A stretch of DNA of 44,020 nt from Gammaproteobacteria bacterium. Its GTDB lineage: Bacteria > Pseudomonadota > Gammaproteobacteria > Pseudomonadales > Halieaceae. The notes under the pieces were generated by a model. It saw nothing but the letters and a program-made list of their open reading frames with translations, was not told the origin of the DNA and did no database searches. Below are positions 1 to 9,002 of this stretch, piece after piece (position 1 is the stretch's first letter; every line of letters starts with the position of its first letter). The position numbers and the translations under genes are program-made. The DNA lies in the NCBI GenBank assembly GCA_027295405.1, contig JAPUKZ010000073.1:1-44020 (forward strand), in the 5' to 3' direction.

Positions 1-1
1 G

Positions 2-463
2 GGCTTGTTGATTGCCGGACAGGAGGGAAGTTCGAATCCGTTTTTATCTGAGCTCCGCGGAAGCAAATGTGTGATGGAGCGCTCGATCAGTCTGATTGAC
101 CCAGCTCCGGCTAAAATAGGGTGCATCTACCAATCCGTGTCTCCGCGGGCAGTTGATCTGGGTTTTTCGGGGCGATTCAATCCCGGGCATCGCGTTCACC
201 AGGCAATCGATGAACTGCAATCGGGAGATTCGGTAACATTGTCTCAGAATGAGGGCCGTTGGTATTTGTTGGATGATCAAGGACGTGAAGTATCTCGCAT
301 GGCGAAGGACTACGTTCCTCCACCGGGTAAGCGATTCGACCACGGCCGTGTTGCAGCCATACTGCGACGGTCTAAAGACCAGACTGATCCAGACTGGACA
401 CATACCATTAAAATTGATGAATGGGAGGTGGTGGTGCCAGAGCTTGTGTTCTCTCCGGATTGA
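2..463 (+). CDS. C-terminal fragment of a larger gene cut by the window edge; possibly the tail of a UvrD/RecQ-type DNA helicase with an accessory C-terminal domain
   Basis: The frame is open from the first bases to TGA at 461-463, with no convincing internal start. NPFLSEL resembles the xRFLxEL end of SF1 helicase cores (weak, from memory). The protein ends with DEWEVVVPELVF. Confidence 0.4.
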   Translation, partial: GLLIAGQEGSSNPFLSELRGSKCVMERSISLIDPAPAKIGCIYQSVSPRAVDLGFSGRFNPGHRVHQAIDELQSGDSVTLSQNEGRWYLLDDQGREVSRMAKDYVPPPGKRFDHGRVAAILRRSKDQTDPDWTHTIKIDEWEVVVPELVFSPD

Positions 464-623
464 GATTTTGGTCTGAAACTCCGCTCAAACCGGAGCAAGG
501 AGCGCTGGCCGGGAGCGTCAGTCGCGCGCCTGCGGGTTGGCCCCAAACCGTCGTTTCTTGACCCATTCCGTGCTTGTCGCGAACTCCATTGGCGCCTAAG
601 CTTTGCAAATTCTATAGCCAGTA

Positions 624-653
624 GCCGGGTCGCCGGCCGCCGGGTCGCCGGCC
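624..653. repeat. 2 x 15-bp perfect tandem repeat (GCCGGGTCGCCGGCC); each unit is a small GC hairpin
   Basis: Read directly in the intergenic region upstream of the acyl-CoA synthetase gene. GCCGG-gtcg-CCGGC occurs twice. Confidence 0.6.
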
Positions 654-677
654 GGATTAACGATTTGCAGGAGAGCA

Positions 678-2375
678 GTGATGACTGTTACCGCGGACAA
701 TATCAGGGAAAAAATCACGCAGATTACTGCTGCGAAAGCCCTCTTCGAAATGGAAGAGGTGATGCTGGATGGCTTCAACTATCGCAGTTACAAACATGCA
801 CCCAAGACCCTGGTGGAGGTACTCCAGAACGGTCGCGCCCACGGCGACATCGATTACCTGGTGTATGAGGGACGTCGCTATACCTATTCCGATTTCTACC
901 GGGAAGTAGACGCCTTTGCTGCAGCCCTGCAGACAGATTTTGGTGTTGCCATGGGTGATCGTGTAGCCATTGCCATGCGCAACAATCCCGAGTGGGTCAT
1001 CGCCTACGTCGCAGCCACATTGATCGGTGCCATTGTGGTGCCGGTTAACAGCTGGGGTAAGACCGAGGAATTGCGATACGCTATTTCCGACTCCGGTTCC
1101 ACGCTGTTGATCTGTGACGGACCGCGCTACAAACTCATCGAGCCAGTACTCAGCGAGCTGGATCTGGCCGTGGTGCTGGTGGATGGAGAGTCAGACAGTG
1201 ACCAGGTACACGCGTTTAACGCCGTGGTCAAAGCGGGCGTTGCACTGGACTATACCGTCGCCGATGTCGCGCCGGAAGATCACTGTGTGATCTTGTATAC
1301 CTCTGGCAGTACCGGTTTCCCCAAGGGTGTGGTGCACCGGCATATCGCCGTCTGCCAGTCTCTCATGAATATGTTCTTCCTGGGCATGTTGGTGACGGAA
1401 CTGGAAGGGGCGCGGGAATTCCGCGGCGGTGCCGAGCGCGAGGCGCCGATGCTGACAGTTCCCCTGTTCCATGCCACCGGATTGTTGAGTGGCTTGCTGC
1501 TGCCGCTGCAAATGGGGCATAAGTCGGTGATGATGTACAAGTGGGACAGCCTGACGGCCTTGAAGCTGATCGAGCAGGAGCGCGTTACCGGTCTCTCCAG
1601 TGTGCCCTCGGTGTTGCAGGAGCTGTTCAATCACCCTGAGTATGACAAGCACGATACTTCATCCCTGATGCGGGTTGCGGCGGCCGGTGCCGCGACGCCG
1701 GCGGGCCTGCCAGAACTGATTCGGGAGAAGGTGGGCGAACCCAGCCGTTCCACCGGTTGGGCCATGACCGAAACCGTCGCCGTGGGCTCTACCATGAGCG
1801 GGGTAATTTACGATCTGCATCCCGAAAGTGCCGGTCTTGTTTCCCCCCTGGTTGATATGCGGTTTGTGGACACGGCTGGAAAGGAAGTGCCTGCGGGAGA
1901 AGTAGGCGAGATAGAGGTGTACAGCGTGTGCTGCACGCCGGGTTATTGGGAGAAGCCGGAGGCCAATGCCGCGACCTTTGATGCACAGCGCTGGATGAAG
2001 ACGGGTGACATCGGGAGGCTGGATACAGACGGCTATTTGCATATTACCGGTCGAATCAAGGAAATCGTGATCCGAGGTGGCGAGAATATTTACCCCGGCG
2101 AGATTGAAAATATTGCCTATGAGATGCCAGCGGTGCAGGAAAACGTGGTGTTCGGCGTGCCGGATGAGGCCATGGGTGAAGAGATGGCCATGGTGGTTTA
2201 CGTGACGCCCGGGGAAGAGCTCAGCGAAGCTGACATTCGCGACTATCTGGTCCAGCGCCTGGCTGGCTACAAGGTGCCCAGGTTCATAGAGATCAGTGCG
2301 CAGCCCCTGCCACAGAATGCCAGCGGCAAGTTACACAAGCTCAAGGTAAAGGAGCAATTTGTAAACAAACACTAG
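678..2375 (+). CDS. AMP-dependent acyl-CoA synthetase/ligase (long-chain-fatty-acid--CoA ligase family)
   Basis: Carries the YTSGSTGFPKGV AMP-binding motif, GWAMTE, TGDIGRLDTDGYLHITGRIKE and a C-terminal GKLHK lysine. An AGGAG lies upstream; an alternative ATG start is at 681. Confidence 0.93.
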   Translation: MMTVTADNIREKITQITAAKALFEMEEVMLDGFNYRSYKHAPKTLVEVLQNGRAHGDIDYLVYEGRRYTYSDFYREVDAFAAALQTDFGVAMGDRVAIAMRNNPEWVIAYVAATLIGAIVVPVNSWGKTEELRYAISDSGSTLLICDGPRYKLIEPVLSELDLAVVLVDGESDSDQVHAFNAVVKAGVALDYTVADVAPEDHCVILYTSGSTGFPKGVVHRHIAVCQSLMNMFFLGMLVTELEGAREFRGGAEREAPMLTVPLFHATGLLSGLLLPLQMGHKSVMMYKWDSLTALKLIEQERVTGLSSVPSVLQELFNHPEYDKHDTSSLMRVAAAGAATPAGLPELIREKVGEPSRSTGWAMTETVAVGSTMSGVIYDLHPESAGLVSPLVDMRFVDTAGKEVPAGEVGEIEVYSVCCTPGYWEKPEANAATFDAQRWMKTGDIGRLDTDGYLHITGRIKEIVIRGGENIYPGEIENIAYEMPAVQENVVFGVPDEAMGEEMAMVVYVTPGEELSEADIRDYLVQRLAGYKVPRFIEISAQPLPQNASGKLHKLKVKEQFVNKH

Positions 2376-2396
2376 GAAGCCCCTGAGTTGTCAGTG

Positions 2397-2425
2397 TTGA
2401 CATTGATGTCTGGTCGAGGTTTTAT
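2397..2425 (+). promoter_or_regulatory. Candidate sigma70 promoter for the 2467-5153 operon
   Basis: TTGACA (2397-2402), a 17-nt spacer, then TTTTAT (2420-2425), about 40 nt upstream of the ATG at 2467. Motif match only. Confidence 0.3.
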
Positions 2426-2466
2426 CAGGTTCTAAGCTGACATTTGATAGCCAAGCGAGATTAGCA

Positions 2467-3357
2467 ATGAGGGGACTTCCGGCCTGGTGGGCGACAGTGA
2501 TGCTGTCGCTGGCCGCTTTTGTTTATTCCGGGGTAGCTGCGGCACAGCTCAAAGCCGAAGCAAGTTACCAACCGCCCCGTACTGCCGAGGGTCATCCCGA
2601 TTTGAACGGCGTCTGGCAAGTGTTTAACAGCGCCAACTACAACCTGGAGCCACATTCCGCCAGGGCCGCCATGGCCATGCGCGAAGGCCCGGTCGTGCCG
2701 GTGCCCGCCAGGGAAGTGGTGGCACTGGGTGCCGTCGGTGCGGTACCTGCCGGCCTGGGTGTGGTGGAGGGTGGCAAAATTCCTTACACCGCTGCCGCGC
2801 TCGCGCAGCGGGATGAGAATGCTGCCAACTGGTTGCAGCGCGACCCGGAGATCAAGTGCTATCTACCGGGCATCCCACGTGCCACCTACATGAGCTTTCC
2901 GTTCCAGATATTCCACAACCGGGATGCCCTGTTTTTCTCCTATGAATATGCCGGGGCGGTACGCAATGTTCCATGGAGCGATCCGGGTCCGCCGCCGGTG
3001 GATTCCTGGATGGGGCAGTCCTGGGCACGCTGGGAAGGGGATACCCTGGTGATTGAAACCACCGGCCATAATGACCAGACCTGGTTGGACCGGGCCGGCA
3101 ATTTCCATAGTGATGTCCTGAAAGTCAGCGAGCGGTTTACCCTGACCAGTGATTTCACCATGCACTACGAGGCCACGCTGGAAGATGAAAAGGTGTTTAC
3201 CCGCCCCTGGAAGATCAGTATGCCCCTGTACAAGCGGGTTGGCGCCGATGCGCGACTGTTGCAGTTCAATTGTGTGGAGTTTGTGGAGGAGTTGATGTAC
3301 GGCCACTTGCGCAAAGAGCCTCTGGATTCGCCGGATAGAGTAGCAAATCAGGAATAA
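2467..3357 (+). CDS. Secreted protein of unknown function (conserved hypothetical; WEGDTLV...TWLD motif family)
   Basis: Has an N-terminal Sec signal (MRGLPAWWATVMLSLAAFVYSGVAAAQ). It is the first gene of a tightly spaced co-directional cluster. I recognise no catalytic motif. Confidence 0.8.
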   Translation: MRGLPAWWATVMLSLAAFVYSGVAAAQLKAEASYQPPRTAEGHPDLNGVWQVFNSANYNLEPHSARAAMAMREGPVVPVPAREVVALGAVGAVPAGLGVVEGGKIPYTAAALAQRDENAANWLQRDPEIKCYLPGIPRATYMSFPFQIFHNRDALFFSYEYAGAVRNVPWSDPGPPPVDSWMGQSWARWEGDTLVIETTGHNDQTWLDRAGNFHSDVLKVSERFTLTSDFTMHYEATLEDEKVFTRPWKISMPLYKRVGADARLLQFNCVEFVEELMYGHLRKEPLDSPDRVANQE

Positions 3358-3362
3358 CCACC

Positions 3363-3803
3363 ATGCCAAAGCGTTACCTTGCCTTGCTCGCCATCGGGTT
3401 CCTCGCTATTAGTGGCTCCTGGAAAGCCTGGTCCCACCACGCCTTTTCCGCGGAGTTTGACAAAGATGCTCCGGTCACCCTGCGCGGCAAGGTCACCAAA
3501 ATCGAGTGGATCAACCCCCACGCCTGGATACATCTTGCGGTCGAGCAGGAAGACGGCAGCACGGTGGCCTGGATGGTGGAGGGCGGTACGCCGAACACCC
3601 TGCTGCGGGCAGGCGTCAATAAAAACTCGCTGCCCATTGGCACCGACATCGTGGTGCGGGGTTACCAGAGCAAGGATGCTGCCTGTCGACCCGCTTGCAA
3701 GGCCAATGGCCGCGACCTGGTCTTCGCCGACGGACGCCGGATCTTTATGGGCTCGTCCGGCACTGGCGCCCCGAAGGACGGCTACGATCCGCGAGACAAG
3801 TAA
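3363..3803 (+). CDS. Small periplasmic protein of unknown function (I recall this as DUF6152-like, unverified)
   Basis: Signal peptide with predicted cleavage at KAWS|HHAF, which would leave a mature N-terminal His-His. Contains CRPAC (CxxxC). Lies 5 nt after the upstream stop. Confidence 0.8.
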   Translation: MPKRYLALLAIGFLAISGSWKAWSHHAFSAEFDKDAPVTLRGKVTKIEWINPHAWIHLAVEQEDGSTVAWMVEGGTPNTLLRAGVNKNSLPIGTDIVVRGYQSKDAACRPACKANGRDLVFADGRRIFMGSSGTGAPKDGYDPRDK

Positions 3804-3815
3804 CGCGCTCCGGTC

Positions 3816-4385
3816 TTGAACCAACTCATCTACAATTTTGCCGCCTGGCTGGACAGCCACCGCTGGAGCACCCTGCTGCATGAGTCCTTCTATATGTACA
3901 ACTGGGTGGAGACGACTCATGTCCTGACCTTGATGCTCAGTCTCGGCATGTTGTTTTTGGTCGACTTGCGCCTGCTGGGCTACGCCTTTCCCGATGTGCC
4001 TGCCAGCGCTGTTGCCGGGCGCCTGAAACTCCCTATGCTGGTGGGTTTCACCCTCATGGTAGTAACCGGGTTGCTGCTGTTCTACGCTATCCCTGTGCGC
4101 AGTGCGCAGAGTGTATGGTTCCGGATCAAGTTCCTGTTGCTGATTGCCGCCGCCATCAACGCCTTCCTGTTCCATCGCCGTATGCGGGAATCGGTAGCGG
4201 CCTGGGATACTGACCAGCGCGCACCGCGGCGGCTGCGGGCCGCTGCGGCGCTGTCCATCATATTCTGGGTATTGATTGTTATTTGCGGGCGCCTGATCGC
4301 CTATAACTGGTTTGACTGCGAGTATGATCAACCCGCATTCGTGAGCGCTGTGGCGGGCTGTATCGCCGGTCAGGAGCTTTACTGA
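3816..4385 (+). CDS. Integral membrane protein of unknown function (paralog of the next gene)
   Basis: Has 4-5 hydrophobic helices. Shares the E-x2-H-(V/L)L...D-x-R-L-L-G-x-A-F...P motif with ORF 4408-4992. TTG start 12 nt after the upstream stop. Confidence 0.7.
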   Translation: MNQLIYNFAAWLDSHRWSTLLHESFYMYNWVETTHVLTLMLSLGMLFLVDLRLLGYAFPDVPASAVAGRLKLPMLVGFTLMVVTGLLLFYAIPVRSAQSVWFRIKFLLLIAAAINAFLFHRRMRESVAAWDTDQRAPRRLRAAAALSIIFWVLIVICGRLIAYNWFDCEYDQPAFVSAVAGCIAGQELY

Positions 4386-4407
4386 ACATGTCAGCCTGGG
4401 ATCAGCC

Positions 4408-4992
4408 ATGAATGCCGCAGTGCCGATTCCCTGGTTTCGCACAATAGTGGTTGTGACCGTGGTGGCACTGGGTTTGACGTTCGCTTTTAGCGGGCTGCGT
4501 ATTTATGTATGGGAAGCCCTGCTACCATTCTTCGAGTGGATGGAAACCACCTGGTTCGGGGTTATCGGCCAGACCTGGGGGGCCGCTTTTGCGGTTGTCG
4601 AGGCGTTTCATTTGCTGGCCATGGCGCTGCTGGGAGGCGCGGTGCTGGTGAGTGATGCGCGCTTGCTGGGCCTGGCCTTTACCGAGTTACCGGCCCGGCA
4701 GGTGCTGGACCCGGCGCACCGCCTGTTTGTGCTGGCCCTGGTGCTGGCGTTGGCGACGGGCGTGTTCATGGCGTGCGGCGTCGCCATCAAGATCTATTAC
4801 CTGCCGGTGTTCTGGTTCAAGATGCTGGCGCTGGCGACGGGCGTTCTGTTCGTATTTTTTATCAAGAGGCCGTTATTGCACGACGGTATTGAACAACTCA
4901 ATCCGTGGCTGGTGCGCCTGGTGGCCATCGCCTCGGTCATGCTCTGGTTTACGGTGGCTGCAAGCGGTCGCTGGATAGGCTTTTCCGGCTAG
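4408..4992 (+). CDS. Integral membrane protein of unknown function (paralog of the previous gene, with an extra N-terminal helix)
   Basis: Multiple TM helices. VEAFHLLAMALLGGAVLVSDARLLGLAF aligns with ETTHVLTLMLSLGMLFLVDLRLLGYAF of the preceding ORF. Confidence 0.75.
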   Translation: MNAAVPIPWFRTIVVVTVVALGLTFAFSGLRIYVWEALLPFFEWMETTWFGVIGQTWGAAFAVVEAFHLLAMALLGGAVLVSDARLLGLAFTELPARQVLDPAHRLFVLALVLALATGVFMACGVAIKIYYLPVFWFKMLALATGVLFVFFIKRPLLHDGIEQLNPWLVRLVAIASVMLWFTVAASGRWIGFSG

Positions 4993-5006
4993 TAGAGGAG
5001 CGCACA

Positions 5007-5153
5007 ATGCGTATGGACAACAACAGGACCCGGCGCAGGGATATGCAGTTTGCAGCGTTCGCCGCATCGGCAGCGATTGTTACCTTTTTCCTGGTCTACT
5101 GGTTTATACAGATTCAGGACACCCGGGAAATGCTGAAAATGGCCTACGGCTGA
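5007..5153 (+). CDS. 48-aa single-pass membrane mini-protein
   Basis: ATG at 5007 is preceded by GAGGAG (4995-5000). Basic N-terminus followed by one TM helix (FAAFAASAAIVTFFLVYWFIQI). Hand-counted GC3 is 34/48, typical of coding sequence here. Confidence 0.55.
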   Translation: MRMDNNRTRRRDMQFAAFAASAAIVTFFLVYWFIQIQDTREMLKMAYG

Positions 5154-5644
5154 GCACTAAGCGTGGCTTGATCGCTGGCCTCGCCCGTGTCATCCACCTC
5201 GATCAGGTATTGGTTGTGGCAGGCCAGGCATACCTGGTAAATACGACCGCCTGCATCAAACAGGGCATCACTGTCCTGGGCTTCAGCCGCTCGCAAGGCC
5301 AGGATCCCGGCCTCAATCAGTCCACTGGCGTACTCGTTCCAGTCTCTCCCCGCTGAGCGCCCCGGCAACATCAGCAAGTTGCCCGATTCGGCCAATATCG
5401 CCGCGTTGCGTGCCACCTCGTCCCAGCCCTCATCGCTGGTCGGGTGCAGCTCCTGTTGGCCTTCCGCGGTGATGATGGTCCCGGCCGAGTCCCAGATCAG
5501 GTCCGCCGCCGGGTCCAGTATCCACTCCATGGTCTGGCGGTGGTCGGTGACCACTTTGAAGGGCGGCGGGGTCGGCGCTTCCTGTTTGGCGCAAGCGGCC
5601 AACAGAAGTATTAACAGGGTGGTGGTGCAATGCCTCACTCGCAT
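5144..5644 (-). CDS. Cytochrome c lipoprotein, class II (cytochrome c prime-like, C-terminal CxxCH)
   Basis: Lipobox LLLAAC, a single CLACH haem-binding motif near the C-terminus, helical composition, and a GGAGA ribosome-binding site upstream. Confidence 0.7.
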   Translation of the reverse strand: MRVRHCTTTLLILLLAACAKQEAPTPPPFKVVTDHRQTMEWILDPAADLIWDSAGTIITAEGQQELHPTSDEGWDEVARNAAILAESGNLLMLPGRSAGRDWNEYASGLIEAGILALRAAEAQDSDALFDAGGRIYQVCLACHNQYLIEVDDTGEASDQATLSAQP

Positions 5645-5660
5645 GTTGTCTCCGTGCGTA

Positions 5661-5849
5661 TTATTGTCGGCTGCGGAACAGGGAGGTGGTCATCAACCAC
5701 AACACCAGTCCGCTGATGATGGTAATGATGCCAAGCCTGGCGGCTATTTGCAGTAGCAGGGTATTAAAGTTATCGCGGTCTTCAAAATCCAGGATGTGCA
5801 GCATCCACATGATATCAAGCAGCCGCCTGGCAGTGCAAAGGCCTGGCAA
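5661..5849 (-). CDS. Possible small membrane protein downstream of the RND pump (start uncertain: TTG 5849, ATG 5810 or 5804)
   Basis: C-terminal TM helix (LGIITIISGLVLWLMTTSLF). Hand-counted GC3 is about 71% over the last 49 codons. No clear ribosome-binding site. Confidence 0.35.
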   Translation of the reverse strand: MPGLCTARRLLDIMWMLHILDFEDRDNFNTLLLQIAARLGIITIISGLVLWLMTTSLFRSRQ

Positions 5850-5858
5850 AAAATGGGC

Positions 5859-8800
5859 TCAGGAACTGGCGCCGACCGGGTTTCCCTGCGCTGTTATTCC
5901 ACGCGGTGCCACAGTTGACCCCGGGAGCGTTACAGCGAAGGGCTTGCTGCGGGTCATTAACAGGAACGCCGCAGGCACCAGGAAGAAAGAGAGCAGGGTG
6001 ACCAGTGCGGTGCCGCCGACAATAACGGTGGCAAAAGGTGGCCAGAACATCCCGCCGCCGATTAGCAGGGGCGTGAATCCCGCCACTGTGGTAATAGTGG
6101 TGGATGTGATGTGACGGGTGCAGTGCATAACCGCGGCAACTATCCCAGCGTGTTCACCTTTAAGCGCTGCCGAATTGGCGCGCAATTCTGCCAGGATCAC
6201 GATGGCGCCGTTGATCGCCAGACCCATCAGACCCAGCAGGGCGATAATGACCTGGAAACCGAAGGACCAACCGGACACTGCCAGACTGAGCATTCCCAGG
6301 CCCACGGAGAGTAAGGCTACAAACATGATCAGGCCGAACAGGCGCCAGGAATTGAACGAGAGCACCAGTACCACCACCAACAGTACCAGGATAAGCGGTA
6401 TTCGAGCGGCCAGACTGTTGATCGCCTCGGCCCGTTCTTCCTGTTCTCCGCCGAAGGCGATGGCGTAACCGGCGGGTACTTCAAAACCGGTTTGCTGCAG
6501 TGCTGCGCGCAGGTCCTGCAATACCGTGTCTGGCAATACACCGCTGCGCACATGGGCGCCCACGGTGTTAACCCGGCGGCCGTTGTAGTGTGGAATGCTG
6601 ACTATACTGGGAAGTATTTGCATGTCGGCGATCGCCTGCATGGGAGTCGCCTGCAGGCTGTCTCCGGCACCGGAACCCTGCATAATCACATACAGGCTTT
6701 GCAGGTCTTGCGGTGAGCTTCGCTCTCCCGAGCTGAGCCGCACCCGTACCGGTACTTCCTCGGTGCCTTCCAGCAGGGTGCCGGCGATCACGCCGTCGAG
6801 GCTGGCGCGCAGATTTTCTGTCCAATCCCGGGGAGTGAAGTCAGTGGCGGCGATGATTTCCTCGCGCAAGCTGAAACTCACCAACGGAATGGTCTGGCCC
6901 AGGGAACTCACTGATGAGGTCACGTTGGGCAGCCCGCTCAATACCAGGCGCAGTTCCTCCCCCAGCTGCTCCAAGACCGCCAGGTCGGGACCGTAGATAC
7001 GGACTTGAACCGGTTCATACACCGGCGGTCCCTGGTTGAGCTTCTTGACCACAATATGCGCCTGCGGAAATTTTGACGGCAGCTCTGCTTGCAGTTCGCG
7101 CACCAGTACCGCGGTGCTGTCAGCGCTAGTGGATTTGACCATGGCCTGGGCGTAGTTCTGGGCAGCGAAGCGCTTCTCAATCAGATTGTAATAAAAAGGC
7201 GCGGCACTCTTGCCAATGAACCAGTCGACGCTGCTGACGGCTGGTTTACTCAGCAAGGCTGTGTCTATCTGGCGCACCAGTGCCTCGGTGCCACTGAAAC
7301 TGGTACGGGTGGGCAGGGTGACTTCGATGGAGAACATATCCCGGTCCACGGGCGGGAAGAAGGAGTCTGGCACCGTGGTTATGCCGTAGAAGCCGAGTAC
7401 GGGCAGCAGGGTAATCAGGGCGATACTGCGCCTTGGCGACTGCAGAGCGCGGCGCAGGCAGCGCTCAAACAGTTGGTTCAATGCCGGAACGCGCACGCCG
7501 GTCTGCCAGAACCCGGTGTCCCGGGCGTATTGCGGCAGTTTCCCCGCAATCGCCGCGACCACGGTAGTAGAAATCAGGTAGGAACCGATCAGGGAGAAAA
7601 TAACGCAGATTGCCAGCGGGCCCACAAACTCGCCGGCGGCGCCGGGCATCAACACGATGGGCATGAAGGCAAGAATCGTTGTCGTGGTAGAGCCGAACAG
7701 GGGCAACCACAGGTGTGCCAGGGCGCCGCGTACGGCAGTGAGTGAATTTTCGCCCCGGCTGCGTCGCTGGTTGATATCGTCGACCATGACGATGGCGTTG
7801 TCCACCGTTATACCCAGTGCGACAACCAGACCGGTGACCGACATCTGGTGGATGGGTACGCCGGTGATATTCATCAGGAAAAAAGTAAACAGCGCCATCA
7901 GCGGTAAGGCCGCGGCAACTAGCAGGGCCGATCGCCAGCCCAGGGTGAGCAGCAAAATCAGCAGGATGAGTACAAAGCCGATGGCGATGTTTTCGACGAG
8001 ATGCTGCATGCGAGCCTGGGTATATTCCTGCTGGTCGAATATCACCTCGGTTACTACCGCTTCCGGTATCTGCAGACTGAATTCCTGCAGGGCCTCGGAG
8101 ACGCGGGCATGCCAGCGCGAGATCTGCACCTTGGGCAGCATGCGCACGGCCACCACCAGTTGTTCGGTGCCGGCACGCAGGCTCTTCTCGCTGTCCGGGG
8201 TGCGGATGCGGCGCTCGACGCTGGCTATATCGGCGATGCGTAGTACCTGGCCTTCGCCGCGTCCGGAAATAGGTATACGCGCCACCCGCTCTACTGAATC
8301 AAGCTCCCCGGAGATTTCTACCTGCATACGGTTGAAGCGGTTGTTGACGACACCGGCGGCGCCCTTGGTGTCGAACTGACGCAGTGCGGCTGCTATTGAG
8401 ACGACAGTCTGACCCGCGGTAATTGCCTCGGCCGCATCGACGCTGACCAGAATTTCCTCTTCGACTTCACCGTCAATTTCGACAATATCGGTGCCCGGTA
8501 GCGCGCGTAGCTGGCTCTGCAACTCGCGGGCATAGCGCTGCAGTATCTGGCGGTCGACCAGTTCACCGGGTGCCGATCGCAGCGCTATCAACAGGGTGTA
8601 GGCGTAGCCTCGATCATCCAGAAACCGGCTGGGCAATGTACCTTGCGGGAGCTCCGGCTGAACTTCGTTGATCAGATCGCGGGCGCGGGACCATATCAGA
8701 GCGGGCTTCGTTACTTCATCTGCCAGGGTAATAGAGATGCTGGACAGGCCGTTGCCGGAATTGGAGGTGATCTTTTCGATCTCCGGCAATTCCCGGAGTT

Positions 8801-9002
8801 TCAGCTCCAGTTTTTCGGTGACCAGGGCTTCCACCCGCTCTGCCCTGGCCCCCGGGAAGGGGGTGAGAATCAGTCCGTGGCGATTGACCATGCGCGGATC
8901 TTCCGCCACCGGCAGACTGTAAAGTGCGCCCAGCCCTGACACGATAATCAGGGCTACCAGCAGGCTCAGCAGGCGGTCATTTTCAAGCAGCGCGCGAATC
9001 AT
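5859..9002 (-). CDS. RND efflux transporter permease (AcrB/AcrD/AcrF family)
   Basis: 1047 aa with the typical 12-TM plus two large periplasmic loop layout. It overlaps the upstream adaptor gene by 4 nt (ATGA). Confidence 0.93.
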   Translation of the reverse strand: MIRALLENDRLLSLLVALIIVSGLGALYSLPVAEDPRMVNRHGLILTPFPGARAERVEALVTEKLELKLRELPEIEKITSNSGNGLSSISITLADEVTKPALIWSRARDLINEVQPELPQGTLPSRFLDDRGYAYTLLIALRSAPGELVDRQILQRYARELQSQLRALPGTDIVEIDGEVEEEILVSVDAAEAITAGQTVVSIAAALRQFDTKGAAGVVNNRFNRMQVEISGELDSVERVARIPISGRGEGQVLRIADIASVERRIRTPDSEKSLRAGTEQLVVAVRMLPKVQISRWHARVSEALQEFSLQIPEAVVTEVIFDQQEYTQARMQHLVENIAIGFVLILLILLLTLGWRSALLVAAALPLMALFTFFLMNITGVPIHQMSVTGLVVALGITVDNAIVMVDDINQRRSRGENSLTAVRGALAHLWLPLFGSTTTTILAFMPIVLMPGAAGEFVGPLAICVIFSLIGSYLISTTVVAAIAGKLPQYARDTGFWQTGVRVPALNQLFERCLRRALQSPRRSIALITLLPVLGFYGITTVPDSFFPPVDRDMFSIEVTLPTRTSFSGTEALVRQIDTALLSKPAVSSVDWFIGKSAAPFYYNLIEKRFAAQNYAQAMVKSTSADSTAVLVRELQAELPSKFPQAHIVVKKLNQGPPVYEPVQVRIYGPDLAVLEQLGEELRLVLSGLPNVTSSVSSLGQTIPLVSFSLREEIIAATDFTPRDWTENLRASLDGVIAGTLLEGTEEVPVRVRLSSGERSSPQDLQSLYVIMQGSGAGDSLQATPMQAIADMQILPSIVSIPHYNGRRVNTVGAHVRSGVLPDTVLQDLRAALQQTGFEVPAGYAIAFGGEQEERAEAINSLAARIPLILVLLVVVLVLSFNSWRLFGLIMFVALLSVGLGMLSLAVSGWSFGFQVIIALLGLMGLAINGAIVILAELRANSAALKGEHAGIVAAVMHCTRHITSTTITTVAGFTPLLIGGGMFWPPFATVIVGGTALVTLLSFFLVPAAFLLMTRSKPFAVTLPGSTVAPRGITAQGNPVGASS

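Noticed and set aside
27-45. GGAAGTTCGAATCCG, which resembles the GTTCGAATC T-loop of a tRNA.
   Set aside because: The flanking bases cannot form a T-stem (GGAAG versus CCGTT), and no acceptor or anticodon arms are present. The motif lies inside an open coding frame (EGSSNPF).
3348-4442. A 364-aa minus-strand ORF spanning two plus-strand genes.
   Set aside because: It crosses gene boundaries of plus-strand ORFs that have clear signal peptides and TM helices. Its sequence has low-complexity antisense-type composition.
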